64,000 bases of DNA from NCBI GenBank assembly GCA_964016885.1, contig OZ024741.1, positions 221,402,001 through 221,466,000 on the forward strand, written 5' to 3'. Made by a program: the position numbers and the translations under genes. The stretch comes from Eledone cirrhosa (lineage: Eukaryota). Of the stretch, positions 36,001 through 54,000 are shown piece by piece. Position 1 is the first letter of the stretch. Every line of letters begins with the position of its first letter. The notes below the pieces were generated by a model. That model was not told the origin of the DNA. It worked only from the letters and a program-made list of their open reading frames with translations, and made no database searches.

Positions 36001-39000
36001 AGATACAATATATTACAGTAACATATACAATATATTACAGTGACAGGTAAAATGTGTTACAGTGACAGATACAATATATTACAGTGACAGATACAATATA
36101 TTACAGTTACAGACACAATATATTACAGTGACAGATACAATATATTACAGGGACAGATACAATATATTACAGTGACAGATACAATATATTACAGTGACAG
36201 ATACAATATATTACAGTGACAGTGACAGATACAATATATTACAGTGACAGGTAAAATGTGTTACAGTGACAGATACAATATATTACAGTGACAGATACAA
36301 TATATTACAGTGACAGACACAATATATTACAGTGACAGATACAATATATTACAGGGACAGATACAATATATTACAGGGACAGATACAATATATTACAGTG
36401 ACAGATACAATATATTACAGTGACAGATACAATATATTACAGTGACAGTGACAGATACAATATATTACAGTGACAGATACAATATATTACAGTGACAGAT
36501 ACAATATATTACAGTGACAGATACAATATATTACAGTGACAGTGACAGATACAATACATTACAGTGACAGATACAATATATTACAGTGACAGATACAATA
36601 TATTACAGTGACATTGACAGATACAATATATTACAGTGACAGATACAATATATCACAGTGACAGATACAATATATTACAGTAACAGATACAATATATTAC
36701 AATGACAGAGACAGATACAATATATTACAGTGACAGATACAATATATTACAGTGACAGATACAATATATTACAGTAACAGATACAATATATTACAGTGAC
36801 ATATACAATATTTTACAGTGTCAGATACAATATATCACAGTGATAGTGACAGATACAATATATTACAGTGACAGATACAATATGTTACAGTGACAGATAC
36901 AATATATTACAGTGACAGATACAATATATTACAGTGACAGTGACAGATACAATATATTACAGTGACAGATACAATATATTACAGTGACAGATACAATATA
37001 TTACAGTAACAGATACAATATATTACAGTGACAGTGACAGATACAATATATTACAGTGTCAGATACAATATATCAATTTGACAGATACAATATATTAGAG
37101 TGACAGATACAATATATTAGAGTGACAGATACAATATATTACAGTGACAGATACAATATATTACAATAACAGTGACAGATACAATATATTACAGTGACAG
37201 ATACAATATATTACAGTGACAGATACAATATATTACAGTGACAGATACAATATATTACGATAACAGATACAATATATTACAGTGACAGATACAATATATT
37301 ACAGTGTCAAATACAATATATTACAGTGACAGATACAATATATTACAGTGACAGATACAATATATTACAGTGACAGATACAATATATTACAGTGTCAGAT
37401 ACAATATATTACAGTGACAGATACAATATATTACAGTGACAGATACAATATATTACAGTGACAGATACAATATATTACAGTGTCAGATACAATATATTAC
37501 AGTGACAGATACAGTATATTACAGTGACAGATACAATATATTACGGTGACAGATACAATATATTACAGTGACAGATACAATATATTACAGTGACAGTGAG
37601 AGATACAATATATTACAGTGACAGATAAAATATATTACTGTAACAGATACAATATATTACAGTGACAGATACAATATATTACAGTGATAGATACAATATA
37701 TTACAGTGACAGATACAATATATTACAGTGTCAGAGACAATATATTACAGTGACAGATACAATATATTACAGTGACAGATACAATATATTACAGTGACAG
37801 TGACAGATACAATATATTACAGTGAGAGATACAATATATTACAGTGACAGATACAATATATTACAGTGACAGATACAATATATTACTGTGACAGATACAA
37901 TATATTACAGTGACAGATACAATATATTACAGTAACAGATACAATATATTACAGGGACAGATACAATATATTACAGTGACAGATACAATATATTACAGTA
38001 ACATATACAATATATTACAGTGACAGGTAAAATGTGTTACAGTGACAGATACAATATATTACAGTGACAGATACAATATATTACAGTGACAGACACAATA
38101 TATTACAGTGACAGATACAATATATTACAGGGAGAGATACAATATATTACAGTGACAGATACAATATATTACAGTGACAGATACAATATATTACAGTGAC
38201 AGTGACAGATACAATATATTACAGTGACAGATACAATATATTACAGTGACAGATACAATATATTACAGTGACAGTGACAGATACAATATATTACAGTGAC
38301 AGATACAATATATTACAGTGACAGATACAATATATTACAGTGAAAGATACAATATATTACAGTGACAGATACAATATATTACAGTGACAGTGACAGATAC
38401 AATACATTACAGTGACAGATACAATATATTACAGTGACAGATACAATATATTACAGTGACAGTGACAGATACAATATATTACAGTGACAGATACAATATA
38501 TCACAGTGACAGATACAATATATTACAGTAACAGATACAATATATTACAATGACAGAGACAGATACAATATATTACAGTGACAGATACAATATATTACAG
38601 TGACAGATACAATATATTACAGTAACAGATACAATATATTACAGTGACATATACAATATATCACAGTGATAGTGACAGATACAATATATTACAGTGACAG
38701 ATACAATATGTTACAGTGACAGATACAATATATTACAGTGACAGATACAATATATTACAGTGACAGTGACAGATACAATATATTACAGTGACAGATACAA
38801 TATATTACAGTGACAGATACAATATATTACAGTAACAGATACAATATATTACAGTGACAGTGACAGATAAAATATATTACAGTGTCAGATACAATATATT
38901 ACACTGACAGATTCAATATATTACAGTGACAGATACAATATATTACAGTGACAGATACAATATATTACAGTGACAGATACAATATATTACAGTAACAGAT

Positions 39001-42000
39001 ACAATATATTACAGTGACAGATACAATATATTACAGTAACAGATACAATATATTACAGGGACAGATACAATATATTACAGTGACAGATACAATATATTAC
39101 AGTGACAGTGACAGATACAATATATTACAGTGACAGATACAATATATTACAGTGACAGATACAATATATTACAGTAACAGATACAATATATTACAGTGAC
39201 GGATACAATATATTACAGTGACAGATACAATATATTACAGTGACAGATACAATATATTACAGTGACAGATACAATATATTACAGTAACAGATACAAAATA
39301 ATACAGTGACAGTGACAGATACAATGTATTACAGTGACAGATACAATATATCACAGTGACAGATACAATATATTACAGTAACAGATACAAAATAATACAG
39401 TGACATATACAATATATTACAGTGTCAGATACAATATATCAATTTGACAGATACAATATATTAGAGTGACAGATACAATATATTACAGTGACAGATACAA
39501 TATATTACAATAACAGTGACAGATACAATATATTACAGTGACAGATACAATATATTACAGTGACAGATACAATATATTACAGTGACAGATACAATATATT
39601 ACAGTAACAGTGACAGATACAATATATTACAGTGACAGGTACAATATATTACGATAACAGATACAATATATTACAGTGACAGATACAATATATTACAGTG
39701 TCAGATACAATATATTACAGTGACAGATACAATATAATACAGTGACAGATACATTATATTACAGTGACAGATACAATATATTACGGTGACAGATACAATA
39801 TATTACAGTGACAGATACAATATATTACAGTGACAGTGAGAGATACAATATATTACAGTGACAGATAAAATATATTACTGTGACAGATACAATATATTAC
39901 AGTGACAGATACAATATATTACAGTGATAGATACAATATATTACAGTGACAGATACAATATATTACAGTGTCAGAGACAATATATTACAGTGAGAGATAC
40001 AATATATTACAATGACAGATACAATATATTATAGTGACAGATACAATATATTACAGTGACAGATACAATATATTACAGTGACAGATACAATATATTACAG
40101 TGACAGATACAATATATTACTGTGACAGATACTATATATTACAGTGACAGATACAATATATTACAGTAACAGATACAATATATTACAGGGACAGATACAA
40201 TATATTACAGTGACAGATACAATATATTACAGTAACATATACAATATATTACAGTGACAGGTAAAATGTGTTACAGTGACAGATACAATATATTACAGTG
40301 ACAGATACAATATATTACAGTGACAGACACAATATATTACTGTGACAGATACAATATATTACAGGGACAGATACAATATATTACAGTGACAGATACAATA
40401 TATTACAGTGACAGATACAATATATTACAGTGACAGTGACAGATACAATATATTACAGTGACAGATACAATATATTACAGTGACAGTGACAGATACAATA
40501 TATTACAGTGACAGATACAATATATTACAGTGACAGATACAATATATTACAGTGACAGATACAATATATTACTGTGACAGATACAATATATTACAGTGAC
40601 AGTGACAGATACAACATATTACAGTGACAGTGACTGATACAATATATTACAGTGACAGTGAGAGATACAATATATTACAGTGACAGATACAATATATTAC
40701 AGTGACATATACAATATATTACAGTGACAGATACAATATATTACAGTGGCAGATACAATATATTACAGTAACATATACAATATATTACAGTGACAGGTAA
40801 AATATGTTACAGTGACAGATACAATATATTACAGTGTCAGATACAATATATTACAGTGTCAGATACAATATATTACAGTGTCAGATACAATATATTACAG
40901 TGACAGATACAATATATTACAGTGACAGATACAATATATTACAGTGACAGATACAATATATTACAGTGATAGATACAATATATTACAGTGTCAGATACAA
41001 TATATTACAGTGACAGATACAATATATTACAGTGACAGATACAATATATTACAGTGACAGTGACAGATACAATATATTACAGTGACAGATACAATATATT
41101 ACTGTGACAGATACAATATATTACAGTGACAGATACAATGTATTACAGTGACAGATACAATATATTACAGTGACAGATACAATATATTACAGTGACAGAT
41201 ACAATATATTACAGTGTCAAATACAATATATTACAGTGACAGATACAATATATTACAGTGACAGATACAATATATTACAGTGACAGATACAATATATTAC
41301 AGTGTCAGATACAATATATTACAGTGACAGATACAATATATTACAGTGACAGATACAATATATTACAGTGACAGATACAATATATTACAGTGTCAGATAC
41401 AATATATTACAGTGACAGATACATTATATTACAGTGAAAGATACAATATATTACGGTGACAGATACAATATATTACAGTGACAGATACAATATATTACAG
41501 TGACAGTGAGAGATACAATATATTACAGTGACAGATAAAATATATTACTGTAACAGATACAATATATTACAGTGACAGATACAATATATTACAGTGATAG
41601 ATACAATATATTACAGTGACAGATACAATATATTACAGTGTCAGAGACAATATATTACATTGACAGATACAATATATTACAGTGACAGATACAATATATT
41701 ACAGTGACAGTGACGGATACAATATATTACAGTGAGAGATACAATATATTACAGTGACAGATACAATATATTACAGTGACAGATACAATATATTACTGTG
41801 ACAGATACAATATATTACAGTGACAGATACAATATATTACAGTAACAGATACAATATATTACAGGGACAGATACAATATATTACAGTGACAGATACAATA
41901 TATTACAGTAACATATACAATATATTACAGTGACAGGTAAAATGTGTTACAGTGACAGATACAATATATTACAGTGACAGATACAATATATTACAGTGAC

Positions 42001-45000
42001 AGACACAATATATTACAGTGACAGATACAATATATTACAGGGACAGATACAATATATTACAGTGACAGATACAATATATTACAGTGACAGATACAATATA
42101 TTACAGTGTCAGAGACAATATATTACAGTGACAGATACAATATATTACAGTGACAGATACAATATATTACTGTGACAGTGACAGATACAATATATTACAG
42201 TGACAGATACAATATATTACAGTGACAGTGACAGATACAATATATTACAGTGACAGATACAATATATTACAGTGACAGTGACAGATACAATATATTACAG
42301 TGACAGATACAATATATTACAGTGACAGATACAATATATTACAGTGACAGTGACAGATACAATATATTACAGTGACAGATACAATATATCACAGTGACAG
42401 ATACAATATATTACAGTGACAGTGACAGATACAATATATTAGAGTGACAGATACAATATATTACAGTGACAGATACAATATATTACAGTGACAGTGACAG
42501 ATACAATATATTACAGTGACAGATACAATATATTACAGTGACATATACAATATATTACAGTGACAGATACAATATATTACAGTGGCAGATACAATATATT
42601 ACAGTAACATATACAATATATTACAGTGACAGGTAAAATACGTTACAGTGACAGATACAATATATTACAGTGTCAGATACAATATATTACAGTGACAGAT
42701 ACAATATATTACAGTGTCAGATACAATATATTACAGTGTCAGATACAATATATTACAGTGACAGATACAATATATTACAGTGACAGTGAGAGATACAATA
42801 TATTACACTGACAGATACAATATATTACAGTGACAGATACAATATATTACAGTGACAGATACAATATATTACTATGACAGATACAATATATTACAGTGTC
42901 AGATACAATATATTACAGTGTCAGATACAATATATTACAGTGACAGATACGATATATTACAGTGACAGATACAATATATTACAGTGACAGATACAATATA
43001 TTACAGTGATAGATACAATATATTACAGTGTCAGATACAATATATTACAGTGACAGATACAATATATTACAGTGACAGATACAATATATTACAGTGACAG
43101 TGACAGATACAATATATTACAGTGACAGTGACAGATACAATATATTACAGTGACAGATACAATATATTACAGTGACAGTGAGAGATACAATATATTACAG
43201 TGACATATACAATATATTACACTGACAGATACAATATATTACAGTGACAGATACAATATATTACAGTGACAGATACAATATATTACTGTGACAGATACAA
43301 TATATTACAGTGTCAGATACAATATATTACAGTGTCATATACAATATATTACAGTGACAGATACAATATATTACAGTGACAGATACAATATATTACAGTG
43401 ACAGATACAATATATTACAGTGATAGATACAATATATTACAGTGTCAGATACAATATATTACAGTGACAGATACAATATATTACAGTGACAGTGACAGAT
43501 ACAATATATTACAGTGACAGATACAATATATTACTGTGACAGATACAATATATTACAGTGACAGATACAATGTATTACAGTGACAGATACAATATATTAC
43601 AGTGACAGATACAATATATTACAGTGACAGATACAATGTATTAGAGTGACAGATATAATATATTACAGTGACAGATACAATATATTACAGTGACAGATAC
43701 AATATATTACAGTGACAGTGACAGATACAATATATTACAGTGACAGTGACAGATACAATATATTACAGTGAGAGATACAATATATTACATTGACAGATAC
43801 AATATATTACGGTGACAGATACAATATATTACTGTGACAGATACAATATATTTCAGTGACAGATACAATATATTACAGTAACAGATACAATATATTACAG
43901 GGACAGATACAATATATTACAGTGTCAGATACAATATATTACAGTAACATATACAATATATTACAGTGACAGGTAAAATGTGTTACAGTGACAGATACAA
44001 TATATTACAGTGACAGATACAATATATTACAGTGACAGACACAATATATTACAGTGACAGATACAATATATTACAGTGACAGATACAATATACTACAGTG
44101 ACAGATACAATATATTACAGTGACAGATACAATATATTACAGTGACAGTGACAGATACAATATATTACAGTGACAGTTACAATATATTACAGTGACAGAT
44201 ACAATATATTACAGTGACAGTGACAGATACAATATATTACAGTGACAGATACAATATATTACAGTGACAGATACAATATATTACAGTGACAGATACAATA
44301 TATTACTGTGACAGATACAATATATTACAGTGAGAGTGACAGATACAACATATTACAGTGACAGTGACAGATACAATATATTACAGTGACAGTGACAGAT
44401 ACAATATATTACAGTGACAGATACAATATATTACAGTGACATATACAATATATTACAGTGAAAGATACAATATATTACAGTGACAGTGACAGATACAATA
44501 TATTACAGTGACAGACACGATATATTACAGTGACAGATAGAATATATTACAGTGACAGATACAATATATTACAGTGACAGATACAATATATTACAGTGAC
44601 AGATACAATATATTACAGTGACAGTGACAGTTACAATATATTACAGTGACAGATACAATATATTACAGTGACAGATACAATATATTACAGAGACAGTGAC
44701 AGATACAATATATTACAGTGACAGATACAATATATTACAGTGACAGATCCAATATATTACAGTGACAGATACAATATATTACAGTATCAGATACAATATA
44801 TTACAGTGACAAATACAATATATTACAGTGACAGATACAATATATTAATTACAGTAACAGATACAATATATTACAGTAACAGATACAATATATTACAGTG
44901 ACAGTGACAGATACAACATATTACAGTGACAGTGACAGATACAATATATTACAGTAACAGATACAATATATTACAGTGACAGTGACAGAAACAATATATT

Positions 45001-48000
45001 ACAGTGACAGATACAATATATTACAGTGACAGATACAATATATTACAGTGACAGATACAATATATTACAGTGACAGATACAATATATTACAGTGACAGAT
45101 ACAATATATTACAGTGACAGTGACAGATACAATATATTACAGTGACAGATACAATATATTACAGTAACAGATACAATATATTACAGTGACATATACAATA
45201 TTTTACAGTGTCAGATACAATATATCACAGTGACAGTGACAGATACAATATATTACAGTGACAGATACAATATGTTACAGTGACAGATACAATATATTAC
45301 AGTGACAGATACAATATATTACAGTGACAGTGACAGATACAATATATTACAGTGACAGATACAATATATTACAGTAACAGATACAATATATTACAGTGAC
45401 AGATACAATATATTACAGTGACAGATACAATATATTACAGTGACAGTGACAGATACAATATATTACAGTGACAGATACAATATATTACAGTGACAGATAC
45501 AATATATTACAGTGAGAGATACAATATATTACAGTGACAGATACAATATATTACAGTGACGGATACAATATATTACAGTGACAGATACAATATATTACAG
45601 TGACAGATACAATATATTACAGTGACAGTGACAGATACAATATATTACAGTGACAGATACAATATATTACAGTAACAGATACAATATATTACAGTGACAT
45701 ATACAATATTTTACAGTGTCAGATACAATATATTACAGTGACAGATACAATATATTACAGTGACAGATACAATATATTACAGTAACAGATACAATATATT
45801 ACAGTGACGGATACAATATATTACAGTAACAGATACAATATATTACAGTGACAGATACAATATATTACAGTGACAGATACAATATATTACAGTGACAGAT
45901 ACAATATATTACAGTGACAGATACAATATATTACAGTGACAGATACAATATATTACAGTGACAGATACAATATATTACAGTGACGGATACAATATATTAC
46001 AGTAACAGATACAATATATTACAGTAACAGATACAATATATTACAGTGACGGATACAATATATTACAGTAACAGATACAATATATTACAGTGACAGATAC
46101 AATATATTACAGTGACAGATACAATATATTACAGTGACAGATACAATATATTACAGTGACAGATACAATATATTACAGTGACAGATACAATATATTACAG
46201 TGACAGATACAATATATTACAGTGACAGATACAATATATTACAGTGACAGATACAATATATTACAGTGACAGATACAATATATTACAGTGACGGATACAA
46301 TATATTACAGTAACAGATACAATATATTACAGTGACAGATACAATATATTACAGTGACAGATACAATATATTACAGTGACAGAAACAATATATTACAGTG
46401 ACAGATACAATATATTACAGTAACAGATACAATATATTACAGTGACAGATACAATATATTACAGTGACAGTGACAGAAACAATATGTTACAGTGACAGAT
46501 ACAATATATTACAGTGTCAGATACAATATATTACAGTGACGGATACAATATATTACAGTAACAGATACAATATATTACAGTGTCAGATACAATATATCAC
46601 AGTGACGGATACAATATATCACAGTGACGGATACAATATATTACAGTAACAGATACAATATATTACAGTAACAGATACAATATATTACAGTGACAGATGC
46701 AATGTATTACAGTGACAGATACAATATATCACAGTGACAGATACAATATATTACAGTAACAGATACAAAATAATACAGTGACATATACAATATATTACAG
46801 TGTCAGATACAATATATTACAGTGACAGATACAATATATTACAGTGACAGATACAATATATTACAGTGACAGATACAATATATTACAGTGACAGATACAA
46901 TATATTACAGTAACAGATACAATATATTACAGTGACAGATAAAATATATTACTGTGACAGGTACAATATATTACAGTGACAGATACAATATATTACAGTG
47001 ATAGATACAATATATTACAGTAACAGATACAATATATTACAGTGACAGATACAATATATTACAGTGACAGATACAATATATTACAATAACAGTGACAGAT
47101 ACAATATATTACATTGACAGATACAATATATTACAGTGACAGATACAATATATTACAGTGACAGATACAATATATTACAGTAACAGTGACAGATACAATA
47201 TATTACAGTGACAGGTACAATATATTACGATAACAGATACAATTTATTACAGTGTCAGATACAATATATTACAGTGACAGATACAATATATTACAGTGAC
47301 GGATACAATATATTACAGTGACAGATACAATATATTACGGTGACAGATACAATATATTACAGTGACAGATACAATATATTACAGTGACAGTGAGAGATAC
47401 AATATATTACAGTGACAGATAAAATATATTACTGTGACAGATACAATATATTACAGTGACAGATACAATATATTACAGTGATAGATACAATATATTACAG
47501 TAACAGATACAATATATTACTGTGACAGATACAATATATTACAGTGACAGATACAATATATTACAGTAACAGATACAATATATTACAGTGATAGATACAA
47601 TATATTACAGTGACAGATACAATATATTACGGTGACAGATACAATATATTACAGTGACAGATACAATATATTACAGTGACAGTGAGAGATACAATATATT
47701 ACAGTGACAGATAAAATATATTACTGTGACAGATACAATATATTACAGTGACAGATACAATATATTACAGTGATAGATACAATATATTACAGTGACAGAT
47801 ACAATATATTACAGTGTCAGAGACAATATATTACAGTGACAGATACAATATATTACAGTGACAGATACAATATATTACAGTGACACTGACAGATACAATA
47901 TATTACAGTGAGAGATACAATATATTACAGTGACAGATACAATATATTACAGCGACAGATACAATATATTACTGTGACAGATACAATATATTACAGTGAC

Positions 48001-51000
48001 AGATACAATATATTACAGTAACAGATACAATATATTACAGTGATAGATACAATATATTACAGGGACAGATACAATATATTACAGTGACAGATACAATATA
48101 TTACAGTAACATATACAATATATTACAGTGACAGGTAAAATGTGTTAGAGTGACAGATACAATATATTACAGTGACAGATACAATATATTACAGTGACAG
48201 ACACAATATATTACAGTGACAGATACAATATATTACAGGGACAGATACAATATATTACAGTGACAGATACAATATATTACAGTGACAGATACAATATATT
48301 ACAGTGACAGTGACAGATACAATATATTACAGTGACAGATACAATATATTACAGTGACAGATACAATATATTACAGTGACAGATACAATATATTACACTG
48401 ACAGATACAATATATTACAGTGACAGATACAATATATTACAGTGACAGATACAATATATTTCACTGACAGATACAATATATTACAGTGACAGATACAATA
48501 TATTACTGTGACAGATACAGTATATTACAGTGACAGTGACAGATACAACATATTACAGTGACAGTGACAGATACAATATATTACAGTGACAGTGACAGAT
48601 ACAATATATTACAGTGACAGATACAATATATTACAGTGACAGATACAATATATTACAGTGGCAGATACAATATATTACAGTAACATATACAATATATTAC
48701 AGTGACAGGTAAAATATGTTACAGTGACAGATACAATATATTACAGTGTCAGATACAATATATTACAGTGACAGATACAATATATTACAGTGACAGTGAC
48801 AGATACAATATATTACAGTGACAGATACAATATATCACAGTGACAGATACAATATATTACAGTAACAGATACAATATATTACAGTGACATATACAATATT
48901 TTACAGTGTCAGATACAATATATTACAGTGACAGATACAATATATTACAGTGACAGTGACAGATACAATATATTACAGTGACAGATACAATATGTTACAG
49001 TGACAGATACAATATATTACAGTGACAGATACAATATGTTACAGTGACAGATACAATATATTACAGTGACAGATACAATATATTACAGTGACAGATACAA
49101 TATATTACAGTGACAGTGACAGATACAATATATTACAGTGACAGATACAATATATTACAGTGACAGATACAATATATTAAAGTAACAGATACAATATATT
49201 ACAGTGACGGATAAAATATATTACAGTGACAGATACAATATATTACAGTGACAGATACAATATATTACAGTGACAGATACAATATATTACAGTGACAGAT
49301 ACAATATATTACAGTGACAGTGACAGATACAATATATTACAGTGACAGATACAATATATTACTGTGACAGTGACAGATACAATATATTACAGTGACAGAT
49401 ACAATATGTTACAGTGACAGCTACAATATATTACAGTGACAGATACAAAATTTTATAGTGACAGATACAATATATTACAGTGACAGATACAATATATTAC
49501 AGTGACAGATACAATATATTACAGTGTCAGTTACAGATACAATATATTACAGTGACCGTGACAGATAAAATATATTACAGTGACAGATACAATATATTAC
49601 AGTGACATATACAATATATTACAGTGACAGATACAATAAATTACAGTGAGAGATACAATATATTACAGTGACAGATACAATATATTACAGTGACAGATAC
49701 AATATATTACAGTGACAGTGACAGATACAATATATTTCAGTGACAGATACAATATATTACAGTGCCAGATACAATATATTACAGTGACAGTGACAGATAC
49801 AATATATTACAGTGACAGATACAATATATTACAGTGACAGATACAATATATTACAGTGACAGATACAATATATTACAGTGACAGATACAATATATTACAG
49901 TGACAGATACAATATATTACAGTGACAGTGACAGATACAATATATTACAGTGACAGATACAATATATTACAGTAACAGATACAATATATTACAGTGACAG
50001 ATACAATATATTACAGTGACAGATACAATATATTACAGTGACAGATACAATATATTACAGTGACAGTGACAGATACAATATATTACAGTGACAGATACAA
50101 TATATTACAGTGACAGATACAATATATTACAGTAACAGATACAATATATTACAGTGACAGATACAATATATTACAGTGACAGATACAATATATTACAGTG
50201 ACAGATACAATATATTACAGTGACAGATACAATATATTACAGTGACAGATACAATATATTACAGTAACAGATACAATATATTACAGTGACAGATACAATA
50301 TATTACAGTGACAGATACAATATATTACAGTGACAGATACGATATATTACAGTGACAGATACAATATATTACAGTGACAGATACAATATGTTACAGTGAC
50401 AGCTACAATATATTACAGTGACAGATACAAAATTTTATAGTGACAGATACAATATATTACAGTGACAGATACAATATATTACAGTGACAGATACAATATA
50501 TTACAGTGTCAGTGACAGATACAATATATTACAGTGACCGTGACAGATAAAATATATTACAGTGACAGATACAATATATTACAGTGACATATACAATATA
50601 TTACAGTGACAGATACAATAAATTACAGTGAGAGATACAATATATTACAGTGACAGATACAATATATTACAGTGACAGATACAATATATTACAGTGACAG
50701 TGACAGATACAATATATTACAGTGACAGATACAATATATTACAGTGCCAGATACAATATATTACAGTGACAGTGACAGATACAATATATTACAGTGACAG
50801 ATACAATATATTACAGTGACAGATACAATATATTACAGTGACAGATACAATATATTACAGTGACAGATACAATATATTACAGTGACAGATACAATATATT
50901 ACAGTGACAGTGACAGATACAATATATTACAGTGACAGATACAATATATTACAGTGACAGATACAATATATTACAGTAACAGATACAATATATTACAGTG

Positions 51001-54000
51001 ACAGATACAATATATTACAGTGACAGATACAATATATTACAGTGACAGATACAATATATTACAGTGACAGTGACAGATACAATATATTACAGTGACAGAT
51101 ACAATATATTACAGTGACAGATACAATATATTACAGTAACAGATACAATATATTACAGTGACAGATACAATATATTACAGTGACAGATACAATATATTAC
51201 AGTGACAGATACAATATATTACAGTGACAGATACAATATATTACAGTGACAGATACAATATATTACAGTAACAGATACAATATATTACAGTGACAGATAC
51301 AATATATTACAGTGACAGATACAATATATTACAGTGACAGATACGATATATTACAGTGACAGATACAATATATTACAGTGACAGATACAATATATTTCAG
51401 TAACAGATACAATATATTACAGTGACAGATACGATATATTACAGTGACAGATACAATATATTACAGTGACAGATACAATATATTACAGTGACAGTGACAG
51501 ATACAATATATTACAGTGACAGATACAATATATTACTGTGACAGTGACAGATACAATATATTACAGTGACAGATACAATATGTTACAGTGACAGCTACAA
51601 TATATTACAGTGACAGATACAAAATTTTATAGTGACAGATACAATATATTACAGTGACAGATACAATATATTACAGTGACAGATACAATATATTACAGTG
51701 TCAGTTACAGATACAATATATTACAGTGACCGTGACAGATAAAATATATTACAGTGACAGATACAATATATTACAGTGACATATACAATATATTACAGTG
51801 ACAGATACAATAAATTACAGTGAGAGATACAATATATTACAGTGACAGATACAATATATTACAGTGACAGATACAATATATTACAGTGACAGTGACAGAT
51901 ACAATATATTACAGTGACAGATACAATATATTACAGTGCCAGATACAATATATTACAGTGACAGTGACAGATACAATATATTACAGTGACAGATACAATA
52001 TATTACAGTGACAGATACAATATATTACAGTGACAGATACAATATATTACAGTGACAGATACAATATATTACAGTGACAGATACAATATATTACAGTGAC
52101 AGATACAATATATTACAGTGACAGTGACAGATACAATATATTACAGTGACAGATACAATATATTACAGTGACAGATACAATATATTACAGTAACAGATAC
52201 AATATATTACAGTGACAGATACAATATATTACAGTGACAGATACAATATATTACAGTGACAGATACAATATATTACAGTGACAGTGACAGATACAATATA
52301 TTACAGTGACAGATACAATATATTACAGTGACAGATACAATATATTACAGTAACAGATACAATATATTACAGTGACAGATACAATATATTACAGTGACAG
52401 ATACAATATATTACAGTGACAGATACAATATATTACAGTGACAGATACAATATATTACAGTGACAGATACAATATATTACAGTAACAGATACAATATATT
52501 ACAGTGACAGATACAATATATTACAGTGACAGATACAATATATTACAGTGACAGATACGATATATTACAGTGACAGATACAATATATTACAGTGACAGAT
52601 ACAATATATTACAGTAACAGATACAATATATTACAGTGACAGATACGATATATTACAGTGACAGATACAATATATTACAGTGACAGATACAATATATTAC
52701 AGTGACAGTGACAGATACAATATATTACAGTAACAGATACAATGTATTACAGTGACAGATACGATATATTACAGTGACAGATACAATATATTACAGTGAC
52801 AAATACAATATATTACAGTAACAGATACAATATATTACAGGGACAGATCAATATATTATAGTGACAGATACAATATATTACAGTGACAGTGACGGATACA
52901 ATATATTACAGTGACAGATACAATATATTACAGTGACAGATACAATAAATTACAGTGACAGATACAATATATTACAGTGAGAGATACAATATATTACAGT
53001 GTCAGATACAATATGTTACAGTGACAGATACAATATATTACAGTGACAGATACAATATATTACAGTGACAGTGACAGATACAATATATTACAGTGACAGA
53101 TACAATATATTACAGTGACAGATACAATATATTACAGTGACAGATACAATATATTACAGTGACAGATACAATATATTACAATAACAGTGACAGATACAAT
53201 ATATTACAGTGACAGATACAATATATTACAGTGACAGATACAATATATTACAGTAACAGATACAATATGTTACAGTGACAGATACAATATATTACAGTGA
53301 CAGGTAAAATGTGTTACAGTGACAGATACAATATATTACAGTGACAGATACAATATATTACAGTGACAGATACAATATATTACAGTAACAGATACAATAT
53401 ATTACAATGACAGATACAATATATTAGAGTGACAGATACAATATATTACAGTGACAGATACAATATATTACAGTGACAGATACAATATGTTACAGTGACA
53501 GATACAATATATTACAGTGACAGATACAATATATTACAGTAACAGATACAATATATTACAGTGACAGATACAATATATTACAGTGACAGATACAATATAT
53601 TACAATGACAGATACAATATATTACAGTGACAGATACAATATATTACAGTGACAGATACAATATATTACAGTGACAGTGACAGATACAATATATTACAGT
53701 GACAGATACAATATATTACAGTAACAGATACAATATATTACTGTGACATATACAATATATTACAGTGACAGATACAATAAATTACAGTGACAGATACAAT
53801 ATATTACAGTGACAGATACAATATATTACAGTGACAGATACAATATATTACAGTGACAGATACAATATATTACAGTGACAGATACAATATATTACAGTGA
53901 CAGATACAATATATTACAGTGACAGTGACAGATACAATATATTACAGTGACAGATACAATATATTACAGTGACAGTTACAATATATTACAGTAACAGATA

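Noticed and set aside
36040-48145. Periodic CAG/GTAAAA variants as recursive splice sites in the satellite
   Set aside because: No upstream polypyrimidine tract; periodicity is explained by higher-order duplication
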